From Lama glama (Eukaryota): a stretch of DNA of 64,000 nucleotides. The stretch's first letter is position 1, and every line of letters starts with the position of its first letter. Below are positions 53,451 through 64,000 of the stretch, piece after piece. The stretch is from contig CM052817.1 in assembly GCA_028534125.1 (NCBI GenBank), forward strand, positions 24,058,001 through 24,122,000. Reading direction: 5' to 3'. The position numbers were made by a program, and so were the translations under genes. The notes under the pieces are model-generated. The model saw nothing but the letters and a program-made list of their open reading frames with translations. It ran no database searches and was not told where the DNA came from.

Positions 53451-55200
53451 TACTCTACGTAAACATGTTTTCTTTTGAAGTCAAAAACCATCCACATATA
53501 CCAATTTCTTCTCCCATCTCATTAGCATGAATTATAATGAATTATATGTCTTTCTGCTTGCAAGTTTTCTTTCTTGACTAATTCACTGCAAAGACTTAAG
53601 TCATTCATTCTAACTTTATGCTTAGTGTACTTTCCCCCCCTTATAAGGCTAACACTTCTGACTATGTTTTCTGTGTTTTGCATACAGTTATTAAGTCATC
53701 AAGTAGTTGCTTGAGAATATGATAGTCTGGACTGAGCACTGATGATGCACGTGACAAAGAGAGATGTGGCCCCTGCCCTCACAGAGCTCACAGTGGGAAT
53801 ATAAACCAATAGGTAGATTCAGCTCCAGTTCCAAATAACTCCTGTAACAACAGTGCCATCAACTTTCCCTTCCTTTATTTCTTGCGTCTTCAATGTATAT
53901 TTTCATTGCCTCTATTTTCTGTAAACTCTTTACTGTAGCTCACAAATATGTCCAGGTCTCCCTCTTCTATAACGACAAACAAACATCCACAAAATTCCTC
54001 TTCAATTCTGCTACAGTGCTGAGCTCTCATCCTCTCTTTCTCTTTTCATCACCAGATAGTCTCACAAATAAACAAATGACCTTAAATCAACTTTTTAAAA
54101 CCATCCATTCACTCTTGAATCCTCTGAAGATTTAGCTTCTATTACAACTACTATATTGATGTTTCAGGATGATTCTGCATTTCTGGACAGCTCTTGATAA
54201 CAGTTTCCTTTTTATGTGCATATATGTAATATGTGTTTTCCATTGTATACATACTGCAGAAAAAAGCTTATATCTCCCAAGAATCAACTATCAGGTCATG
54301 AGAAGCCCATCACTGCTCATTTATTTGTATCTTTTTCTATCAAAACTCTAGAGTTCATTAAAATAACTAGCACATCAGGTACAATTTTCAACTCCACTCT
54401 ACTATACATTATTACCTTTTTTAGCTTCTTTTCAATGTTTTTAGATCCTCAATTTTTATTCTCTGTGTGTATTTACATGTATTGTGTGCTTTTCAGTCAC
54501 ATAGTCAGTTCCCAAGAGAAGAAGTGCTGGAAAGTCCCTCTACCTGACCTTCTCTCACCCTCCAACGTAGTCCCAGGTCTTAGTTACATCCTGACTCCAT
54601 CCCAGCAGCTGCTGGATTCAGGCAGGACAAGAAGCTTAGTGCTGGGCATAGATGGAAAGGAACTGAACCATACCAATCAGTTTATCATGTTTCCTGAGCC
54701 TCCTGCTTCAAGAAAGTTATAGTCTCTATTGTTCTCACCACGTTACATATAGACTTAAACTAGTATTTATTTGGTGCTAACTATATGTCCTAGAGCTACA
54801 GTTGTTGACATTATTTACCACCTACAGGTGCCTTTGGCTCCTCCCTCATTTCCCTTGTATAGTCACCAAGTCCTTTAGATTTAATGACCTAAACCCCCCA
54901 TATTCATCTGCCGAACATCATCCAATGGATTATACCTTTGGCTGTATCTACTTGTAGGATCACAATACTTTCTCAATTATTTCTAATCTATGCTTCAGCC
55001 AAATTCTTATACTATGTTGACAGGTTAGTTTTCCTGATTCCTGATAGCCTTACTTATGCCATTTCTATTATTAAAAGTTGTCATTGACTCTCCATTATCT
55101 GTGGGGTAGAGTCCAAAATTTCTCCCTGGTTGGTAAGTTTCTTCATGACCTGACCACTCTCCACAGTCCAGCTTCCCTTGCACCTGTCCTGTTTTACACC

Positions 55201-55753
55201 GGTAAGGGAGGAAATATAATTTTCCCTCTACCCTTTTGAGTTCCTGGTACAGACCTCCACAATAAAAGGCAAATTAACATGATGAAAACAAACAGCAGTT
55301 TATTACATGCGCACCTCACTTACATGAGATACCAGGGGAAAATGAGTAACTCAAAGAGGAGGCTTAGAATTTAGGCTTAAATACCATCTTATGGGGAAGA
55401 GGGAGGGGCACATAAGCCTCATAGAGGAGAGTAAGTAACTTTTAGGAAAGATGAATGAGTCCTTAGAAGAACAGATGAGAGATACGATAGTTTGTGACAA
55501 AGGTCGTCTGGGTGTGGTGTCAAATTCTAGCGTCTTCACCTGGGGTAAGAGTTCATTTCCCCTGGCTGATGATACTCCCAGGGAAGGAATCTATGACAAT
55601 TGAGATCCTTTTGGAGGATCTGTCTTTAGGCAGATAAGGAGAGTTAAGAGAAAACTTCTCCTTGCCTTTGATATATTCCAAATGCCTACAGCTCAAAATA
55701 ACCAAACACATTAAAGTGGCATATTTGGGGGTGGTAGATTCTGCCAGCCTACA
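55201..55753 (-). mobile_element. MER34-like ERV1 solo LTR
   Basis: agggaggaaatataattttccctctacc...cagctcaaaataa..aaagtggcatatttgggggtggtagattctg..cctaca; TSD-like cacc/cagc. Confidence 0.8.
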
Positions 55754-58700
55754 CAGCAAACACAAGTACTTACTATTCAACAAGTAGATACTGCAGTTTC
55801 CTCTCCCTTTGCTGTTTTTTGTTCTGTTCCTTTTGATGTCACCCATACGTTTCCTTCAAGGCCCAGTTCTCAAATGTCACATTATCCAGGAAGGAGGGTC
55901 TGTCTTTCTACCCCTCACTTTAGCCAGCTATGACCACGCCTGTCAATTTATCCTTATCTAGTTACTGCCTACTACCAGCAAAATCACTTTTGTCTTAGTG
56001 TTGGTGGAAAACTGATTCATTACTTTCCTTCATAAAAAATAGTGTATATGCATGAAAATCATATATAATAAGAAAATCAAAATTACAGTCTAAGACTCAA
56101 CTGTAAATTTCTGCCTTTTCTATGTCAGTTCTGCTCAAGGAAATTTGGATTTCCTAGATAACAAAAATTATACAGATTAAAAATAGCTCATTCAAATAAA
56201 CAAAACCTAGGAAAATGGAATTAATTTTTTCTCTTTGTGCATTTGCTACATTAGACTGTCTTTATATATGTTTGATTGAGCAAATAAGTACGTATCTTTA
56301 CTCAAAACTATGTGATGCACCTGTGGTCAAACATTCAACAGGATTCACCTCAGAAAAATACAGATAATTGGAGTATATTCTATTATACTTATATTTTATG
56401 AGCACCTTGTAAATAAATATAAAGTAGTCACACAGACTACAAATCACACCTTCACATTTAGTAACACAAAGGATAATCACATATTGTTATGCTGAAAATG
56501 TCTTGAGGCAATTTAGAAGCAGAGTTTATTAACATAATAGATTTTCTTCATTTTGTATTAATTGGATTCCTTAGTTTTTGAATACCTCTGCTTTTATCCT
56601 TTTATACAATAGTCTGGTGAAGTAGGTGAGGTATTATTAAATACCTATTAAAAATGAGAAAATGCAAGTCTAAACTTGTCAAAATTCTCTTATGTCAGCA
56701 TTAAAATGAACACAATGTCCCTGCTGTTAAGTGTCTTATTCAAACCACTTGACTAACAGTCTCAATTAGCATATATTCTCATAAATGGTAGCCATAGTGT
56801 GGTCATTTTTATGTCACTGTGTTTCTCTTAGGTGACAGGATCTGTTCAAAGACCAAAAAGAATATTGATTTCAAAGTTTCAGAGATTTGAAAACTGAAAA
56901 GTTCTTTGAGTTAAAAATTGAATTTAACAAGCAGTAAATATCTCAATTTTTAACTTTTAATTCAACTTCCAATCTTCAAATCAGTTTTACATTAGCAAAT
57001 ATATTGTATTAATTTAAAGGATTTTAACAATATTTTTTAAACTTTTGAAAGATAATTTTTGCTTTATTTTAATGATTTTGTTTTTGAGTTGTTCTGAAAC
57101 AGTAGACGAGGAGAAGGGTTAAAAAATGAGGTTCTCCTTTTGTTGTATCAGAAAGGGGATTCTATTATGAAATGTCAGATTAACTTGCCTTAACAGTGAC
57201 CATTTGCGTCTATCCTCAAACCATTTCTAGTATCATTGACGTAAGAATTAGAATTCTAGCTTTATTCCCAGTGTAAATGTTTTGACTTAATTTTTAAGCA
57301 AATATTTTGTATTTCATTTATAAAGGTTATATGAGAGTTTGTTAGGCATAGTAAGAAATAAAATAAAATTAGTTTTGCCTTAGTCCATACTCAATTTTCC
57401 AAAAGGAAATTTTCTCTGGTTTTCCAGAACCCTCTTAAAACCAACATTCATTGATATTGATACTAGTTAAAACTGTCATTAAGACTATACACAGTCTTTG
57501 GGTAGACAAATTTATGGGATTTTGTTCATGGATTCTTAAAAATAAATATTAGTTAACTGTAATCAAGATTTCTGGAAATTGAGGATGGTTTATAAGTCTG
57601 AATGGAATGAGTTCTGAATACAAAATAGCATTCATGTATCCTCTATGCATCTGAATATGAGATATATGGTGTAGAAAAAAAATTTTTGTGTTCCTGTATT
57701 GTTATAGAATTCATTTTTATTAAAATTTTTTCTTAAAATTTGGGTTCTGTATTAAAAGCAAGCCCTAGAAAGTACTTTACAACAATATAGACAGTGCAAA
57801 CTCATAAGAGAATTACTAATTCTTGGAGCTATATATTTACATTTCAAGGGATGATGTCTAGGAGCTTGGAGACATCTTTGAGTTGCAAAGCTAAAATATT
57901 GGGATTATCTGGCCTTTTCAGAAATTTACTTATATTTCAAAATATTAAAATGAGAATTCAAGATCCTTTCCATATGTTCCCTGAGAAACAAAAGTTTTTC
58001 AACTTTTATTTTAGTAGAGAAGGGGAAATAGCCTCCTATCTCTTCTATACAAATATCCAGGTTTATTCTTTTCAACACTTCTGTATGCATAGGACATTTA
58101 ACTTTATTGCACTTCCACAGGGGTAAGAATTGTGAGGTGGGAAACCACATGATTATTATTTGCTTTAAAGTGAATAACAATCATCTGTCCCTGACTGAAA
58201 AATTTTGTGCCTGCATTCAAGATAAAATTAAAAGATGACCACCTAAATGAGATATAATTTTAGATATACATTATATGCATTTGCATATCAATTACAATCC
58301 ATAAACAGACATTTCCCATGGGAGAAACTCTGAGTAGAGGGGAGATCAGAGGGAAGGTATTAAATCTACTATTATTTTTTACTATAATGTATATATCAAC
58401 ACTTGACCAATATTGCCTTCTTCTCCATGTTACCAGAAGATTTTCCACTATAATACTCATCAGATCCTGTATCTATATGACATAATGATATTTTGATATA
58501 TTAATCAAATTTTTTTGCTCTGGTAATTTATTTTGACCCCATGGCCTTCCTTCATCAATCTGTGTCCTCAATGTCAAATAAGAATGCTGAGAAAAACCAA
58601 TGAAAGAGTTAGTGAAAAAAAATGGGGAGGTGGTGGTTGAGGGGGTTGTTAAAATTTTTTGATACTTTTGAGTATCAGAATCTAAGTCTGTAAGGATCTA

Positions 58701-60124
58701 AGACCAGAAAGCCTAAAACCGTAAACAACAGATCTGGGAGACTACTTAGGAGAGAATCACTTTTCCCATCAATTCTTCCCTTCATTTAAATAGACAGATT
58801 ATTATCTCTGGGCTAAAACTGAGAATTGGTGGAGAAGCAAGACCTTAGAATATCCTCTGTCCTTGATAAGAGTCTCCTTTAATGGGCTAGTTTTAGGGTA
58901 ATAGAACTCCAGATAGGTTACAAACTTGACCACAGAGAAGGCTTGTATTTCCCTCTCCTGGGTGGAACTGAGAAGTCAGCCAAACTCATAGTAGAATTGT
59001 GGAAATGTCCTCAAGTACGGTGCCATGGTAGACTTAGAGCCTCCACCCATTCTTGAGCAGTCACAGGAACATGCTATATACTAAGTGAGAATAAAGAGCA
59101 TCTTGAACAAAGAGCCAAAGATTAAATGGCCCTGAGGTAGGGTCAAGGAGGATGCATTAACAAGCTGCCTCCACCAACCACCAAGACTAGGTGGGACAGA
59201 GTGCCTCACTGGGTGACAACGTGGAAAGATGACAAGCAAGGACCCATTACATGATACCGTGGCCCTGAGTATATCTCTCATCTTCTCACTGCTAACTTAA
59301 ACACAATTCTAGGAAGAGACAAGGAAAACTAAAAAGGAGGTTAATCAAAATCAACCAAAATTAACAGCATTGGCCAAGACTTCATTTCTGCCCCTAATAA
59401 AATGAGGGCTCAAGGTAGAAAGTAAATAGTATAACAGAAAATTGATAAAGTCTATTGTTATTACTCTTCTTTTCACCACAGTGAGCTTATGACATGAATA
59501 TAAGACCACAACTTTTGCACAATTATGTCTTCCCCATCAGACAACAATCTCTTCCTAAGAAAGACTTACTCACTGTTTGCTCTTCTTGTCTTTTCCTCCC
59601 TGGAATCCTATTCTTAATAACTAAAAAAGACACTGGTGCAGGGAGATTGAGAATTGAGAAATTAGTTGTTAGGAGGTAATACATGTTTATGAACAACATC
59701 TCTTTTCTGTCATAATATTCTACAAAACTTAAGTTTTGTTTTGTCTTCACATTGCTCAAAATATGTAGTGTTAACCTGACCCTTCATCATGCAATTTCTG
59801 CTTAAAATTCTTAATGGCAATAACATCAGAAGCTGCTCTCCAATGAAAACAATTTTTTTCTCTTCAGGAACTATTTCTAGAGTCAATATTGTTCAGTTCC
59901 CTTATTCACTGTGGTGAAAAGAAACTCAGAAATGTGTGTTTTCTGTAATTTTTCCTTCCTGTTTCAACTTATATTGGAATCCTGGGACATTCAAAAAGTT
60001 CCTTTTAACTACAACGTGTCAATGTTTTGGCCTCTTGCAAGAATAGATTTCTCTTGGGCCTTTTTAGGAAGTAGCAATGATTCTCCAAGTGAGATCAACT
60101 TGGATGCTGATTAAATGTGCGGTA

Positions 60125-60177
60125 TGTTTTGTGGGCACGTGGAGAGAGGGGAGGTGCCTGCACGTGCCCATAAAATA
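60125..60177. repeat. Inverted repeat (17-bp arms) with a CACGTG E-box in each arm
   Basis: tgttttgtgggcacgtg - 19 nt - cacgtgcccataaaata. Confidence 0.8.
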
Positions 60178-60462
60178 AGATACAGGCTACATGGCAACAG
60201 AATCCTTTGAAAAATGGGAGAAAATTAATGACTTTGAAACACTGAGTCATTTCACACATATAATATAAATTTCCATATGCTGCATGGTAGTACTTGTTGA
60301 AATTTTGTTGAATACACTTCCCTCACAATATTTCTCAATTGCCAGAAATTTACATCAGAACTAGGAGGGGAAATAGAGAAAAATAATTACTTTTCCCATG
60401 AAATCAAATGCAGGGAACATTCTTTTGCTTTTGGAAGGAATATTAGCCATTTCTGGCTCATT

Positions 60463-60962
60463 NNNNNNNNNNNNNNNNNNNNNNNNNNNNNNNNNNNNNN
60501 NNNNNNNNNNNNNNNNNNNNNNNNNNNNNNNNNNNNNNNNNNNNNNNNNNNNNNNNNNNNNNNNNNNNNNNNNNNNNNNNNNNNNNNNNNNNNNNNNNNN
60601 NNNNNNNNNNNNNNNNNNNNNNNNNNNNNNNNNNNNNNNNNNNNNNNNNNNNNNNNNNNNNNNNNNNNNNNNNNNNNNNNNNNNNNNNNNNNNNNNNNNN
60701 NNNNNNNNNNNNNNNNNNNNNNNNNNNNNNNNNNNNNNNNNNNNNNNNNNNNNNNNNNNNNNNNNNNNNNNNNNNNNNNNNNNNNNNNNNNNNNNNNNNN
60801 NNNNNNNNNNNNNNNNNNNNNNNNNNNNNNNNNNNNNNNNNNNNNNNNNNNNNNNNNNNNNNNNNNNNNNNNNNNNNNNNNNNNNNNNNNNNNNNNNNNN
60901 NNNNNNNNNNNNNNNNNNNNNNNNNNNNNNNNNNNNNNNNNNNNNNNNNNNNNNNNNNNNNN
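60463..60962. other. Assembly gap (500 N)
   Basis: Run of N. Confidence 1.
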
Positions 60963-61964
60963 TTCTTAGTGCTGGCCCTTTTTCTGTACTAGACCTTAGC
61001 CATGGTTGTAACCTGCTATTACATCCTGTGAATCCTTCCAGAGAACTGGCAACCTTAAGGGTGGTCTTGAGACCTCTGAAACAATCACCAAGTAAATTTT
61101 AGCGAGGGCAAAAATTTTTACTCCTAGGAGACCTCCTAGGGAAAGGCATGCCAAGGTAACAGTTTCATAACTGGGGTAGACATCTGGAAGGCTAGGGATT
61201 AATCCCGCTCTGTTGGATTTCTTCAAAGAGGTGTACATAGAAGACTCTTTATAAACAACTTCATTGCCTTTGCAGATTATGCTTAGGATTCACATTTAGT
61301 GTAAACAGCAAAGAAAAGTATCTATTGTTGGTATTCAATTATGGAAAAAATTTGCGAGCTCTTTTGTCATCACCCATCCACAAAATCTCACAATTAGTAA
61401 AAGTCCTCATAAATGTGTTACCCTCTAAACCCCCAGAACTATAGAAATTAGAATAGTTAATACAGAAGTCACAAGTGGTAGAAATCTCTCCTGGCTTAAC
61501 TTGGGAAATGGGGACTTGGAACAAGTTTGAGCAGGAATTAAAACAGACTGATGCAAACTAACAGAAGGATGTACCAAGTCAGGGCCAGCCTTCTATTAAA
61601 ACTGGCAGGCTGGAAAGCCACATGCCTGAGAGTATAAAAATCATGAAAGTCAGAAGATGCCTCTTGACTTCCAAAGTGATTCAAGCCCTCCCAGATAACT
61701 TCCTGCATGTTAAGTAAACCAGATAAATGACGCAATATTTAAAATCTAAGTTACAGAGGAAGCTTGCTGTGCTGGGGTTATAAATGGAATCATTTTGAAA
61801 GAATCTTTCTTTCTTTAGGGCTTTCTAAACTTGCGGGGTGCAGATGCATGGATTTTGCCTTATTTTCAAGTCAATGTCTTTCACAAGTACTGTCAGAAAT
61901 ACTTGATCAAAATAACATTTACTTTCTTAAAATCACTAACAGCTTTTCTTTAGGAAAAAAAATC

Positions 61965-64000
61965 AGAGTCAGTTCAAGATGGCGATGTAGGGAAATCTAG
62001 AACTCACCTCCTTCCATGGACACACCAAATCTACAGCTACATATAAAACAACTTCCTCTGGAAAAAACCTGAAACTAGCTGAGCAACTCCTTCACATCAG
62101 GTAAATGAGGAAAAGTCCATATCGAAGCGGGTGGAAGAGGCTAACAAACAAATCCCACCCCTGGTGCAATGACTCACAATCAGAAGGAAACTCACAAACC
62201 TAACACCCTGAGGGGTATAAACCACACATCAGGTACCACAACTTCTAAGACCTGCACCTGAACAATAAGCCCCCAAAACATCTGGCTTTGAAAAATTAAC
62301 AGGGCCCACATCTACAAGACCTAAAGTCCTAAGCAAACTGAGAAAGTCTCTCAAAGGGCTCACACATGGATACATTCTTTTCAGGGCATAGCACAGACGC
62401 AGTCATTTGAAAAATGTTCAGGTTTTATGTGAAAGAGATTTGTTTGCTAATGATATTCATGCTTTTTCTACCTTGCTAAAGCTAGTAGATGCTATCTTTT
62501 ATTATTTTTTTATTCTAGACTTTTTTTCCCCTCAGTCAGTGCCATCTTTAACCTCTAAATGGCAGGAACCACCTTTACTCTGTCCCTCTGCCATACTCCA
62601 GAGAACCAGTTTCTCCTGAAGGGGAGCCTTTACGCACATCTGGGACCCCAGTATTTGCATCTAGTGACCCGGTGACCTGGTTTTTGCAGCTGCCACCCAG
62701 GGACACTTCTTGATCACTTGACTCTGAAGTCCAGGAAAGGCTTGTATTCCTAGACGCCATGGGACTGTAACAATTGGAGGGATAATTCTTGGCAGACTAC
62801 CATGCCCAGGGAACTGCAGAGGCCTATAAGCTTATCATTATAACTGCAGCCTGAGGCGCAAGTTTCTAATTAAACACATATCTAAGGACTGAGTGTAAAT
62901 CTTTCCAGAGGTCTTGGAGGGCAGGTGCCATCTTTGTGCTCCCCGTCTGTTTCACTGCAGCTCACCACCATCTCCCAGAAAGGAGCTTAAACAATTGTCT
63001 GGAACCCTGGTTTTTGAGACTAACACTGAGGGGACACCTTTAGATGGCTGGCTCTAGTGGCCAGCAGGGCTTATACCTGCAGCCTCACAGGACTGTATAT
63101 ATCTGAAAATTTAAAAATCTGCTGCCTGAGTGTCTAACTTCTAATCACCCTAAATCTAAGTGCTGACTGAGATCCTCTTCTTTGGAACACTGACATGTCT
63201 TGGCACAACCTCAACTACTGGGAGCTGTTTAAAATAAAGCAGTAAGACGAGGCTGCAATCACAAAGCTTTGAGAGAAAATCAAGAGCTAGGGCGAGGTGG
63301 AATATTAAGGTTTATTTCCCATATGAGCCCACTCTTTCTAGACTGGTAGAGATGGCCATTTCATCTAGTGCATAGAAAATAACACAGAGAGTCAAGCAAA
63401 ATGAAGAAACAGATGAATATTTTCTAAACAAAAGAACAAGATAAAACCTCAGGGGGAAATAGATAAGTAATTTACCTAATAAAGAATTTAAAGTAATGAT
63501 CATAAAGATGCTCACTGAATGTGGGAGAAGAATGGATGAACACAGAGAGGCCTTCAACAAAATGATAGAAAAATATAAGAAAGCATCAAATAGAAGTCAC
63601 AGAGCTGAAGAATACAATAACTGAACTGAAAAATACACTAGATGTTCAAAAGCAGACTAGATGAAGCAAAGAAAGATCACTGAATTCAAAGAGAGCAGTG
63701 GAACTCATTCAATCAGAGCAGCAAAAAGAGAAATGAAAAAAGTGAAGATGGTTTAGGGACTTATGGGACAACATTAAGCATACTAATATTCACATTATAG
63801 GGGTCCTAGAAGGAGAAGAGAAATAGAAAAGTGCAGAAAACTTATTTGAGTAAAAAAATGACTGCAACTTCCCTATCTTGGGGAAAGAAACAAACATCTA
63901 GATACAGAAAGCCCACAGAATTCCAAATAACACAAATCCAAAGAGACCCACACCAAACAACATTATAATTAAAATGTTAAAAGACAAGGAGAGAATCTTA
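61965..64000 (+). mobile_element. L1 5' end: 5' UTR with YY1 site plus decayed ORF1, continuing past the window
   Basis: caagatggcg (61975-61984), gaactcacctccttccatggacacaccaaatctaca; ORF1 remnant from ATG 63401 (MKKQMNIF*TKEQDKTS..., NLPNKEFKVMIIKMLTE, NIHIIGVLEGEE) with stops and frameshifts. Confidence 0.9.

Noticed and set aside
54216..54722. 168-aa ORF
   Set aside because: No recognisable domain, no convincing start or splice context, and it overlaps L2-like degenerate sequence
58560..59620. GC-richer segment that may be an ancient LTR or enhancer
   Set aside because: I could not assign a family or find defining termini by eye

Overview
Mammalian, AT-rich, CpG-depleted non-coding DNA (intergenic or intronic), very likely from a camelid: it carries a Vic-1-type tRNA-derived SINE at about 14.7 kb and an artiodactyl-type L1 3' UTR at about 24 kb. 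Much of the window is old interspersed repeat: L1, L2, MIR, MaLR/ERVL/ERV1 solo LTRs, an MLT2 LTR with an ERVL gag remnant, and hAT/Tigger DNA elements, often nested. There are two 500-N assembly gaps. None of the listed ORFs is a credible protein gene; they are repeat-derived, low-complexity or N-run artefacts. The best non-repeat signals are (i) a possible 5' end of a minus-strand gene (TATA plus a short exon at about 7.23-7.30 kb and a 213-nt exon-like segment at 287-499 encoding a signal-peptide-like N-terminus), (ii) a strong CTCF-type motif at about 22.6 kb, and (iii) a 17-bp inverted repeat carrying two CACGTG E-boxes at about 60.15 kb. I found no convincing evidence of a new biological system. 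Repeat subfamily names come from recalled consensus sequences, not a database search, and their boundaries are approximate.
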